Assembly: GCA_019056785.1 (NCBI GenBank) | Contig: DXJV01000033.1 | Coordinates: forward strand, 1-42,579 | From: Candidatus Heimdallarchaeota archaeon | GTDB lineage: Archaea; Asgardarchaeota; Heimdallarchaeia; JABLTI01 | Length of the DNA: 42,579 nt | Direction of reading: 5' to 3' | Shown: positions 1 to 9,457 of the stretch, piece after piece | How positions within the stretch are numbered: the first letter of the stretch is position 1 | How the letters are laid out: every line of letters starts with the position of its first letter | Translations under genes and position numbers: made by a program | Notes under the pieces: model-generated | Databases searched by the model: none | What the model was told of the DNA's origin: nothing | Seen by the model: only the letters and a program-made list of their open reading frames with translations

Positions 1-240
1 AATTTGCTTGTCTTGTTTTGGATCGAAAACTTTTTCTTTGAATTTTTTCTCGATAAAAGTCTCGAGTTGGATTAATACATTATCAGTATAGGGTTTAAAA
101 TTCAATTCACCATTTGGTAAAACTTCAATTTCTTCTACAATCTTGAAGAGTTTGTTAATTAAGGCTTCTTCTATTTCACGATGTATGCTTCTACGGGTCG
201 GAAGTCTTTCGCGTGGAAGTTCTTCCTGTTCATTAAACAT
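1..240 (-). CDS. Hypothetical protein, partial (runs off the window start)
   Basis: Manual translation from ATG at 240: MFNEQEELPRERLPTRRSIHREIEEALINKLFKIVEEIEV..., open to base 1. GAGGGAG SD-like motif upstream on the minus strand. Confidence 0.7.
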   Translation of the reverse strand, partial: MFNEQEELPRERLPTRRSIHREIEEALINKLFKIVEEIEVLPNGELNFKPYTDNVLIQLETFIEKKFKEKVFDPKQDKQI

Positions 241-385
241 TTAATGCTCCCTCAATAATATTATAGCTAAAGAACTATAAAAGGCTTCAGAGTGTTTTGC
301 TCACGGTAAAGGCAGAATTTTGCTTAAAAGAACTTACAGTAATAAAAAAGGAAAGTTAAATAGTAAAAAATGAATTATTTTTTGT

Positions 386-2017
386 GTGAACCCAATGAAA
401 TTCAGAACAATGCATGTCTCGTTTTTAATCATTTTTTTATTTCTTTTTAGCTCTCTATCAGTCTCAGAAGCGACGATTAGAGATTCTCAGTACCAACCTT
501 CTACCCTTTCAACTGTTCCAATTATTACCTTACAACCAACAAGTAATGCTTTAGAAAAGGCCCAACAGCCTGTTGTTCGAATTCTTGTACACCCAGATCT
601 TTGGCAAAACACTACTATACAAAATGCCGTTGTAGAATATCAGCAAGATTTGAATGATCAAGGATTTAATGCTCTACTCTATACCTCTGCTGTTGGAAGT
701 GCAGAAACATTACGTGCTTTGTTTCAAAGTTGGTATTCCTCAGAAAACCTCGAGGGAGTAGTGCTTATCGGGCAGTACCCACAAGCATATTTCCATCATG
801 ATGAGGTTCCAAATTATTATCCAGCAGAAACATTCATTTGCGACCTCTTTCTCACCGATTTAGATGGTGTCTGGGAAGACCTCGACCCTGTAGATGGTGT
901 TTATGATTCCCATACAGGAGAAATTCACCCTGAAATTTACTTAGGGCGAATTGATCCCTCATCCCGAACTTTTGGCTCCTTATCTGTCGAAGAAGAAATT
1001 TATCGTTATCTAAAGAAATGCCATGCTTATCGTCAGGGAGAACTTTCTCGCCCACATAAGGCTTTAACTTTTGTAGATGATGACTGGGAGGCTTGGGCAA
1101 ATGGCACCTATGACAATTGGCCGGGTTGGCTTTCCTCTACCTATCCCAAGCGAATGGATATCTTCAAACGAGCTGATACATATAAAGATGTCTGGTTAGA
1201 ATATGTGACGAAAAATTATGAATGGTTCCACCTCTGCGCCCACAGCAGCGCTACAACACACTATCTAAAAGTGGATGGAATGTGGCAAACAATAACAAAT
1301 GCAGAAATCAATAATTTGGCCCCCCCGTTTCTCTTTTACAATCTTTATTGTTGCCATGCTGCAGATTGGGATACAAATGATTCGTTGGCTGTTACTTATC
1401 TATACTCGAGTAGCTCTTCCTTAGCAGTTGTTGGTTCAACAAAGTCTGGAGGAATGCTAGGAGGAAATCATTTCTACTCACAATTGGCACAGAATAAAAC
1501 TATCGGTTTTGCATTGTATTCTTGGTTTCAGAATTTTGAATATTATACAACATATTATCTCGAGTTCTTTTATGGCATGTCAATTCTTGGGGACCCCTTT
1601 TTAACAAACGACATAGATTGCACCGTTCTAAAACCGCAATTGAGTTCTCCCACCCACCCCGACCCATCAAAGAAATACTTGAAAACAAAACCTGAATTTA
1701 CTTGGACGGAACCAACAGATGCGCACAGTATTGTTGGGTATTATTACCTTTTAGACCAAGATCCCACAACGAAAGTTACCAAGGACACAGGCATATTTGT
1801 GAATGATACCAGCTTGAAGATCACTCAACGATTGGAGAACGGCACTTGGTATTTCCATCTTGTGGCAGAAGATAGCCTTGGAAACATTGGGAAGAATACC
1901 GCCCATTTTAAAGTCAATGTTAATCAAGTTGCTTTACGAAAGATAATAATTTCAAGCTCCGTTGGTGGTGCAGTGGTTTTCATTGCTTTAGCCGTTGGAG
2001 GAAAAATGAAGAAATAG
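386..2017 (+). CDS. Secreted, membrane-anchored peptidase C25 (gingipain-like, clan CD) with C-terminal Ig/FN3-like domain
   Basis: N-terminal hydrophobic signal. LEGVVLIG, DLFLTDLDG, PEIYLGRI, putative catalytic His (HLCAHSS) and Cys (NLYCCHAA), LGDP motif, GTWYFHLVAED beta-sandwich, C-terminal TM plus lysines. Confidence 0.75.
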   Translation: MNPMKFRTMHVSFLIIFLFLFSSLSVSEATIRDSQYQPSTLSTVPIITLQPTSNALEKAQQPVVRILVHPDLWQNTTIQNAVVEYQQDLNDQGFNALLYTSAVGSAETLRALFQSWYSSENLEGVVLIGQYPQAYFHHDEVPNYYPAETFICDLFLTDLDGVWEDLDPVDGVYDSHTGEIHPEIYLGRIDPSSRTFGSLSVEEEIYRYLKKCHAYRQGELSRPHKALTFVDDDWEAWANGTYDNWPGWLSSTYPKRMDIFKRADTYKDVWLEYVTKNYEWFHLCAHSSATTHYLKVDGMWQTITNAEINNLAPPFLFYNLYCCHAADWDTNDSLAVTYLYSSSSSLAVVGSTKSGGMLGGNHFYSQLAQNKTIGFALYSWFQNFEYYTTYYLEFFYGMSILGDPFLTNDIDCTVLKPQLSSPTHPDPSKKYLKTKPEFTWTEPTDAHSIVGYYYLLDQDPTTKVTKDTGIFVNDTSLKITQRLENGTWYFHLVAEDSLGNIGKNTAHFKVNVNQVALRKIIISSSVGGAVVFIALAVGGKMKK

Positions 2018-2036
2018 TCCAAAATTTTCTTCGTTT

Positions 2037-2924
2037 TTATTTTTTCTCAAGCTCGCTTTCTAATTCTTCGATGACTGTTTTTGTTAAATCAACTAGCGGC
2101 ATGTCATGGGCTGCTTTATTTGTTCCAAGGTCGATATACCTGCTGTTTGGTAATGCTTCAGCCACTCGTTTTGTAAAATCGCTTTTATGAGTCTTATCAG
2201 TAGATGCCCCGATAACAACAACTTTTCCATGAATTTTTGGGAGTAAATGCCAACCATTGTACTTGTTCGCATTTTTTAAGATCCATCTCCGTAATTTCCG
2301 CATCTCAGCCTCGTTAACTGCACGGATGTATTGTTTTGCTTGTTCAGGCTCTTTCTTCGAGTCAACAGTAAATGTGCGAAGGTACCAACGAATGAACGGT
2401 TTGATCATTGTCATTACAAAAGGGGGAAGCACATGTAGTAAGGGACGGATCCATTTTGGAAAGGGGAACTCGACTCCCGGGCTAATGAGAATGTTGTCCA
2501 AGGGAGTTAATTCTCCGGTTGCGAGGTTTTCTAAAATCATTGCTCCGCCCATAGAACTCGAGATTGTTATGTAGCGTTTATTTTGGAGTCCCAGGTTTTT
2601 AATAGCAAACACTAAATCTTTTCGAATTTCTTCAAGCCGCATTGTCGCTCTTTTTGGTAGAATGCTGGAAAATTTCTCTCGGCTTTCAACATAGTGTACT
2701 ATATACCATTTGTTCAGTTCTTTTACCACTTTCTCCCACCGAGGGAAAATTGTTAGCAAGCCTGGAATGAAGAGGATTTCAATGGTTGCTGGAGGTTCTT
2801 TTGTCTTAGTAAAAGATAAAATGCGCAGTTTACTCCTATCGAAGGATTCGAAATATTGTTCCTGAGCACTCCGCTCAAAGTCTGATTTTAAAGCCTCGAG
2901 TTTCTTCCGTCGTTTGTCTTTCAT
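2037..2924 (-). CDS. Alpha/beta-fold hydrolase
   Basis: FIPGL oxyanion loop, SSSMGG nucleophile elbow, Asp (STDK) and C-terminal His (AAHD). Confidence 0.75.
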   Translation of the reverse strand: MKDKRRKKLEALKSDFERSAQEQYFESFDRSKLRILSFTKTKEPPATIEILFIPGLLTIFPRWEKVVKELNKWYIVHYVESREKFSSILPKRATMRLEEIRKDLVFAIKNLGLQNKRYITISSSMGGAMILENLATGELTPLDNILISPGVEFPFPKWIRPLLHVLPPFVMTMIKPFIRWYLRTFTVDSKKEPEQAKQYIRAVNEAEMRKLRRWILKNANKYNGWHLLPKIHGKVVVIGASTDKTHKSDFTKRVAEALPNSRYIDLGTNKAAHDMPLVDLTKTVIEELESELEKK

Positions 2925-2992
2925 CGCTCTTACCCAGTTAGTTTCCTCACTAATTAGCCAAAAAAGAACATAAAATTATTGTGATAGCTCGT

Positions 2993-3568
2993 TCAATCTT
3001 TTTCTAGCATTTTATGATGCTCCTCACATAAGGGGATAATTACAGTTAAATTGTCATCCAATTTCATTTCCATCCAAAATTTGGCTTCATTATCACAGAG
3101 ATAGCTCTCTTTATTACTCGAGATTTTAACGCTACAGGTTTGTTTGGTCTTAAAGACCTTTTTCTGTTCTGTTGCTTTGCTGCTCTCTTTTGGCTTTGTT
3201 TTTGGCGGTGTCTTTTTCAATATACCAGAGCGCTTTTTCGAGAATTTCTTAAGTGTTTCATCTTTTGTTAGCCCTTCTTTTCGTGCAATGGCTTCAATTG
3301 CCCACGAGATGGACTGTCGAACTTTCTCCTCGGTTTCGTTTGCAAGCGCAACCACTAACTCTGGAAGTACGGTTGGCTCGGCTATTGTTCCTAGGGCCTC
3401 GGCACAAAGTGATCGCACACTTGTATTTTCATCATTCATCATAACTTTCACAAGTGAGCTTAAAGCCTCAACTGCGAGGTTCTCCCCAAGGTCCATCGCT
3501 GCCTTTCCTCGCACTTCAGGATTTTGGTCATATAAGTTTCGCATCAAAACGCTAATACTTTTTGTCAT
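2993..3568 (-). CDS. HEAT (PBS lyase-like) repeat protein with C-terminal Cys/His Zn-binding motif
   Basis: Three repeats: DQNPEVRGKAAMDLG, DENTSVRSLCAEALG, ETEEKVRQSISWAI. Lys-rich linker, then C-x12-C...PLCEEHH. Confidence 0.8.
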   Translation of the reverse strand: MTKSISVLMRNLYDQNPEVRGKAAMDLGENLAVEALSSLVKVMMNDENTSVRSLCAEALGTIAEPTVLPELVVALANETEEKVRQSISWAIEAIARKEGLTKDETLKKFSKKRSGILKKTPPKTKPKESSKATEQKKVFKTKQTCSVKISSNKESYLCDNEAKFWMEMKLDDNLTVIIPLCEEHHKMLEKD

Positions 3569-3710
3569 GAGAAATATTTCCGTTTACTCTTTGTACAATA
3601 AATAGGCTTTCTAACAAAAAAGCCTTGCTCTTTTGTTTGTTGCGATAACATTTGTTTTAATCTAAGTATTTATTATAGACAATAGCCCAAAATCTATTAA
3701 AGATACTCGT

Positions 3711-5027
3711 GTGATAGCTATGTCCTCTAAATTAAAAGCAAAGAGCAAAGAACTTCTCAAACTAATTAAAAAAGAAACTAAATCCTCCCCGCTGTTTTAT
3801 ACTTTACTAGAGGATATTACTTTTGAATTGAAACCTTTAATACCTAAAGTTGCTCTCCCTTATACGAAGAAATTGGCACCCGCAATCCCGGTTATATTGG
3901 AGCTACTTGTGAAGGAACCAAATGAGAACTATCGCTTGTCACTCTTGGCATTCTTTCGGGCAATTCCTCTCGAGTATCTTGCTCCTGAACTGTTCACTAC
4001 TATTTTAAAAGCTATTATCGAAGCGCTTCATTGGGATGGAAATCAGGAAGTAAAAGAAGAGGCGTCAAAAATACTTTTCGACCATCTTGTTTTAACTCGA
4101 GAGGTACAAGAAAATCCTCAACGAGCAATAGTTTTCTATCAGTTACTCTTCGAAGAATTTAGTTCACTTGAAGAAATCTTACAAGAAGAAGTAAATGGTA
4201 GAATTAAAATACGCCTTACTGCCCTTTTTACTCTACTAGCCAGAAACTTGTTCTCCAGCTCCTTTCAGGAAATACCATTTAAAAGTCGTGTGGCAATTTT
4301 TCGTCGAATAAGTGTTCTAATTCCTGAAAGTTATCAATTACCCATACTTGATTATGCTCGCAAAATGATTATCAATAGTTTGCCGGCTATTTTCCAATCA
4401 TTACTCGAACTCATTCCTGAGGAGGAGTTACGTTTTGATTTAATTGATAGCTTTCTTTCGAGATTGCTAGATGCACACGATTCCCTGCCAATTATTTATC
4501 AAGAAATGCATTTGTCTGTATTATATAAAATTGCTAGTCTTCTGGGAGAACAATATGCATCGAAGGTGATTTTCAAATATTTACAATTATTAGAAACTTG
4601 TCAAAGGACTTCTCAAGTCAAGATTATAGAGAACTTTCTTGCAAAACTTGCTCGAGAATTCAATTATGGTTATCGCAATAAACTGATAGCTTATTATCAA
4701 CCGCTTTTGAAGAAGTATAAAGAGCAAAAAGAAGGAGCAGTACTTTCTTTCAAAAAAACCATCCCTCGAAATTGCTATTGGTGTGGAACGCCGGTAGAAA
4801 CTCAAGCAACTGTTTGTCCAAGTTGTGGAAAGGAGCTTTTACGTTGTGTTATTTGTAAATTACCAATCTCTTTTGAAGATGATGTTGGCGCTTGTAGCTT
4901 TTGTGAGGCTAAGGGGCATCTTACTCACTTCGAAGAGTGGGTAAAGTCGCAGGGAAAGTGCCCAAGTTGTCTTCGAGATCTGCCCCTCGAGGGGATCGTC
5001 CAAATATCCAAAAATTCTTCCAAATAG
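3711..5027 (+). CDS. Alpha-solenoid protein with C-terminal Zn ribbon and RING-type finger (putative E3 ligase/scaffold)
   Basis: About 340 aa Leu-rich helical region with HEAT-like DGNQEVKEEASKIL, then CYWC-x10-CPSC and CVIC-x12-CSFC-x3-GH-x2-H-x3-W-x6-CPSC. Confidence 0.75.
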   Translation: MIAMSSKLKAKSKELLKLIKKETKSSPLFYTLLEDITFELKPLIPKVALPYTKKLAPAIPVILELLVKEPNENYRLSLLAFFRAIPLEYLAPELFTTILKAIIEALHWDGNQEVKEEASKILFDHLVLTREVQENPQRAIVFYQLLFEEFSSLEEILQEEVNGRIKIRLTALFTLLARNLFSSSFQEIPFKSRVAIFRRISVLIPESYQLPILDYARKMIINSLPAIFQSLLELIPEEELRFDLIDSFLSRLLDAHDSLPIIYQEMHLSVLYKIASLLGEQYASKVIFKYLQLLETCQRTSQVKIIENFLAKLAREFNYGYRNKLIAYYQPLLKKYKEQKEGAVLSFKKTIPRNCYWCGTPVETQATVCPSCGKELLRCVICKLPISFEDDVGACSFCEAKGHLTHFEEWVKSQGKCPSCLRDLPLEGIVQISKNSSK

Positions 5028-5515
5028 CGAGAAATAAAAAAAAGTTGAGAAAAACGTTGTCGAAAGAAGAACAAAATCGTTTGATAACAAAAGCTCTGAA
5101 CGCCTTTTCTGAAGGAAAAGCAGCGGATGCAATTACTCTCCTTGAAGATCTTTTAAAAGAGCACCCTAAAAACATTAATGCCCTCTGTAATCTGGGAACA
5201 ATTCATTGTGAAAATGGCGCCCCGCAGAAAGCAATTATTCTTTATGAACAGGCCTTGACTTTTTCACCACAAAATGCCCTTCTCTGGTTTAATCTCTCTG
5301 TTGCCTATTGTGATAACAATGAATTTGCCAAAGCTCTCAAGGCAAGTGAAGAAGCGCTTATTCTAGATCCACATAATCAAAAGTTCTGGTTAAATCATGG
5401 CTATTTACTTAAACAAGCCGGTATTGAAATAACTCTCGAGATTTTTGACCTCCTTAAGGAGAAAATTGCCAACAAAAGACGAGAACTTGGTCTAAAAGCA
5501 GTCGAGATTTATTAA
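4937..5515 (+). CDS. Tetratricopeptide repeat protein (true start probably TTG near 5045)
   Basis: TPR consensus segments HPKNINALCNLG, SPQNALLWFNLS, DPHNQKFWLNHG. The longest start overlaps the upstream gene by 90 nt. Confidence 0.8.
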   Translation: MGKVAGKVPKLSSRSAPRGDRPNIQKFFQIARNKKKLRKTLSKEEQNRLITKALNAFSEGKAADAITLLEDLLKEHPKNINALCNLGTIHCENGAPQKAIILYEQALTFSPQNALLWFNLSVAYCDNNEFAKALKASEEALILDPHNQKFWLNHGYLLKQAGIEITLEIFDLLKEKIANKRRELGLKAVEIY

Positions 5516-5524
5516 AATATCTTG

Positions 5525-5728
5525 TTAATTGTTAGGCTTCATCCGCACTAGCCCGCATTCCGGGCATTTGAATTTTGTATGTTTATGGAATCCTCCTTTG
5601 CGTTTTACAATTTTCATATGGACTCTTTTTGAATGTAGTTTGCGACATCGAGGGCATTCCATCATTTGCCACCCTAATATAACCTGATTTGTACTTTTAT
5701 TTTTGTGATTATTTTTTATACTTTTCAA
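5525..5728 (-). CDS. Small basic Zn-ribbon protein
   Basis: CPRC...FKCPECG. Probable start at MMECPRC. Confidence 0.6.
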   Translation of the reverse strand: MKSIKNNHKNKSTNQVILGWQMMECPRCRKLHSKRVHMKIVKRKGGFHKHTKFKCPECGLVRMKPNN

Positions 5729-5909
5729 ATTCTATTATTTGTTAATACGAAGTCAATTAAAAAATACTCGTTTTATTCTTCACTTCAAATTTTCTTTTAA
5801 AATTAAAAAAATTGTGTGTCCTACCATGTCATTAGTAAAAATTAGGAAAATTATCGTAGGAAAAAAAGTTGAAAAAAATTGAAGACTTCTCCTAAAAGGA
5901 TGTTATAGG

Positions 5910-6302
5910 TTATTCACCTGCTTTTCCGTAGGAGAAATCTGGCGCACACCAACGATTCCGGTCAACTTTCAGGAGTGCATTCAGATTGTCTTTCTCATAA
6001 ACAACTTTACTATTGATGGTAAGTTTGACCTTTGCTAAAAGCCATTCGTCATCCCTTTGGAGGTCGCCTTTCTTCTTAAAACAGAGAAAGCGAAACCAAG
6101 AGCTATCCATCCCCTCTGGAACTGCTAATTCATAGCGATCTGTTTTTCCTCTTTCAAAGTCATCGTATTTTGGAAGGTCAAGTTCCCAAGAATGACCACC
6201 AATATCTAATATTACTGCATCATCCGTTGCATCCTTTCGTTTGCTTCCGGTAGTGATCTCTAAAATGATCTCTTGAATTGGTTCATATTTATTTGCCGTC
6301 AT
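5910..6302 (-). CDS. Stand-alone PLAT/LH2 domain protein
   Basis: ITTG-x4-ATDDAV, DDFERGKTDRY and DEWLLAKVKL match the PLAT consensus (TG...GTDa.V; dFErG..D.f; dW.l..V.v). Confidence 0.75.
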   Translation of the reverse strand: MTANKYEPIQEIILEITTGSKRKDATDDAVILDIGGHSWELDLPKYDDFERGKTDRYELAVPEGMDSSWFRFLCFKKKGDLQRDDEWLLAKVKLTINSKVVYEKDNLNALLKVDRNRWCAPDFSYGKAGE

Positions 6303-6510
6303 TTTTTACACTTCTTGTTTCTTTTGTGTTGTTAATAAATGCCTAATTTAACAACATTTCTTACTTTAAAAAGTCTTTACTAAGAGTTCTTTAACAAAGC
6401 TTTTTTCCTTTGCTCTTGTAAAAAAACCTTTCCCTTTATGAAAAGATTGTGGGAGTGATTCTTTCTCCCAAAGAAAAAAAGTTGGCGTCGAATGGCGCAT
6501 GAGCAGTTAT

Positions 6511-7389
6511 TTAGTGCTCTTTTTTCTGTCGCTTACGAAGACGTGTAAATATGCCAAAGGCTAAAAGTACTGGAATAGCAATTGTCCAGAAAAAACCAAT
6601 GGTGTCTGAAGGATCGAAGATGTTTTTCCCAAGGTTATAATTTTTCAATTCAATACGTTGCTGTATGTCAAAGACAGTGCCTTTGAGCCCGTATGTCCAG
6701 AATATGCCAACTTTAGTTTGAACCCATAAAGGATGCCGGTCCCTTGTTCATAAGCAATTTTCACACAATAACTTCCAGCAAAATATATGTTACAGCCAGT
6801 GTCATTATAAATTGCATTCATTACTCAGTCAAAGAAGGCGATTTTATGGGAATCGTCATAATAACCATCATTTTCTTGAGCCGTCCAGTAGGATGGTAGA
6901 ATGTAGACTGGCATCTCGCCCTGCTGGTCAAGAGTTGTAAAAAGTGCTCCAAAAGCCGTGGGTTTTAAAAAGAATAAATCCAGCATTAATGGGGGGCCCA
7001 TTTCTACTTCTTGCTGATCCCAACTCCTTATTCCCGTTGAAAGATCCCAGGGCATGTAGAGAAATTGTAACATCTTCGAAGTGTCGCTGGCATCATTTTG
7101 TATTTGTTGCAGTTTGTCCATAGACATCTATTTCCCAGGTCACACTTGTCGCTATTGTTCCGGTAACTTCTATTGTGGCTTCCGTACCAATAGCATATTG
7201 ATTGCCTCCAAAAGCGATCCCGTACCTGAATCGCTATTCGTGTTGTCAGTCAAGCTCCAATTTGAACTAACAACTTCATAAGTATTTATTTCTCCAACTT
7301 GAACGGAAAAATCTGCCGTAGCAAAAGTGCCACTTGCCATTAAATACTCGTAAAAAGAACAATTAACAATTGCACAAGTTTCTTTACAA
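6511..7389 (-). pseudogene. Multiply frameshifted surface-anchored protein (Heimdallarchaeal choice-of-anchor-S-like)
   Basis: GGAGGAG SD then TTG at 7389. Fragments lie in different frames: signal KKLVQLLIVLFTSI; ADFSVQVGEINTYEVVSSNW; KIAYEQGTGILYGFK; ELKNYNL...DTIGFFWTIAIPVLLAFGIFTRLRKRQKKEH* (GF-TM-basic sorting tail ending at 6511). Confidence 0.7.
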
Positions 7390-7520
7390 TTTAACTCCTC
7401 CAAAAAGGCTAACAATGCTCTGATTTATCAATCACTTTCTTCCTTCTTCAATCTTTCCTATTAATAATGGAACCTTAGTATGAGAAAAACAGTTGAAGGA
7501 CAGCTGATGTACAAGCAGTT

Positions 7521-8114
7521 TTAGTTACGTTTCCTTTTTAGCCACAGAGCGCCGACCCTTTTTCGATACTCGAGATAAGACTCACCAAATCGCTTGATCA
7601 AATCCTTCTCTTCGATGATTATCATTATTGGAGTATAAAGAAGAACATATGCAGTTAGAAGGAGAACCATGAACCAAGAATTAACAGCAAATCCTAGAGC
7701 AATAAATAACGACATTTCTCCAAGTGTTTGAGGATGGCGTATGTAATTGTAAATCCCGCCATACATTGGTGTCTCTTTTGAAGGGGCACTTGTTTCTTTT
7801 CCGGCGTGGAGCATACCAACAATCATGAACGCCGTTGATGGAATGGCAATAATTATTGAAATAATTATACCCACCCACCAATGTTGGTGAATCGGCCAAT
7901 CGATAGGAGGAAAAGGATAGCAGATCCAGAGAAAAATAAAAATTATTGCCGCAAATTCAAAGAGAATAGCAATAAAGCGATAAATTCCACATTCTTTCCA
8001 AGCTCGCTCGCCACGCCGTTCGCTCAACGTAACTGGTAGCGTACTTAAGCTATAAAAGAATGCAAACATGACAAGTGAGAAAAGTATTAATGCAAAATTT
8101 ATCCATTCAAACAT
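7521..8114 (-). CDS. Isoprenylcysteine carboxyl methyltransferase / PEMT family membrane protein
   Basis: Multiple TM helices, GIYNYIRHPQ, EEKDLIKRFGESYLEYRKRV. Confidence 0.85.
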   Translation of the reverse strand: MFEWINFALILFSLVMFAFFYSLSTLPVTLSERRGERAWKECGIYRFIAILFEFAAIIFIFLWICYPFPPIDWPIHQHWWVGIIISIIIAIPSTAFMIVGMLHAGKETSAPSKETPMYGGIYNYIRHPQTLGEMSLFIALGFAVNSWFMVLLLTAYVLLYTPIMIIIEEKDLIKRFGESYLEYRKRVGALWLKRKRN

Positions 8115-8302
8115 TTTTGCTTCATAATTACTTTTTTTTTTTTACTGATAAGTTTTTGCTTTTCAAATGATTTTTCATTTGATTTTGGGTTTGTTTCTCT
8201 CATATTCTTTCTTATTTATAGAGAAAAAAAAGAGGAGAGCAGGAACTGCTTATTTTACTTTTCTCCCAAAGCATTTGAAAGCATATCCCACCAATTTAGC
8301 TA

Positions 8303-9433
8303 CTACTTTTCACCATTTTTCTTGAGTTTTTCTAGTGGTTCTGTAATCATGTACTCCTTCGAAACTTTCCATTGCTTGAGAGTAAAGTCAAAGTTTTCAG
8401 GATAGAACCAATAAAGTTTAGATTTTTGTGTGTCTAAGTTAAAGATTTTACTCCTTGGAATTTTTTCCCACATCGAAAAAGCAAACTCTGATGCTTGGGC
8501 TGGGCTCATGTTTGCTGATAGGATTATGTGGCCCCCTTCTAAAATATTATATATTAGCTGAAAAGGTGGGGGGTTATTTTCCAATGTATGGTAGAGTTCT
8601 GCTTTAATCTTGTCGGGGACATTATAACCGATACCCAAATAGAATTCCGTCAAGTCAAAAATGCTTCGATCAAAGAGTAATCTTTTGGTTTCAATGTAAT
8701 GGTTTAAGACGTAATTGTAATCTCGGTGCGTTTGTGTTTTGCTCATTTTCAATTTATCTTTGAGTTCACTTTGCTTGATCGCTCCATCCATTGTTAGAAA
8801 TCGTAAAATCTGGAACTGCTTGGGATTAAAAGTCGAAAGGTCAATTTTTATTTCTGGAACTTCCGGCAGAGTTTTGCTTGCCCGCTCGGTTAGTTTGAAC
8901 CACTCTTTCCATGAAAAATGCCAGCGAGAAATTTCCATATTAAATCTCGTGAGGTCTGCGAAGCGATTTTTCCCGATTCCTATGCTGGTGAATATTTCAA
9001 AAGTGGAAACAATCTTACGTTTTTTTAATTGTTCAAAAAATCCTTGTAGAAGTTTCGTTGAGCCTTTTGGAATATCAAATTGCATAAATAAATGGAATGC
9101 CCCACCAAAAGCCCTTGCTCGATAATGGGTATAGGGATGTTCATCACAAGCTTGTTCCAGTTTTCCCAGATCAGTTATTGATTGTACTTGGGCCAAAACA
9201 TATGTCCGCTGTAAACCGAGTGTTAGGGGGTCATAGATAGCGATTATTTTTCGAATAATCCCTCTTTCAAACAGGTCATCAACTTTTCGTTTTGCTGTTA
9301 TCCTTGTTATCCCTAAAAGTTGAGCCAGCTCAGTCATTGGCATTGAAGGATTTGTTTCTAATGCTAAGAGAATAGCAAAGTCTTGATACGAAAGATTGTT
9401 GTTCACTAAAGTACCCTTCTCAATGGCATTCAT
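8303..9433 (-). CDS. Lrp/AsnC-type winged-helix transcription regulator, tandem double architecture
   Basis: N-terminal wHTH (PMTELAQLLGITRITAKRKVDDLFERGII), second HTH (KQSELKDKLKMSKTQTHR) and ferredoxin-like segments. Confidence 0.75.
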   Translation of the reverse strand: MNAIEKGTLVNNNLSYQDFAILLALETNPSMPMTELAQLLGITRITAKRKVDDLFERGIIRKIIAIYDPLTLGLQRTYVLAQVQSITDLGKLEQACDEHPYTHYRARAFGGAFHLFMQFDIPKGSTKLLQGFFEQLKKRKIVSTFEIFTSIGIGKNRFADLTRFNMEISRWHFSWKEWFKLTERASKTLPEVPEIKIDLSTFNPKQFQILRFLTMDGAIKQSELKDKLKMSKTQTHRDYNYVLNHYIETKRLLFDRSIFDLTEFYLGIGYNVPDKIKAELYHTLENNPPPFQLIYNILEGGHIILSANMSPAQASEFAFSMWEKIPRSKIFNLDTQKSKLYWFYPENFDFTLKQWKVSKEYMITEPLEKLKKNGEK

Positions 9434-9457
9434 AGCTTACTTTTCGTATGATCTATT

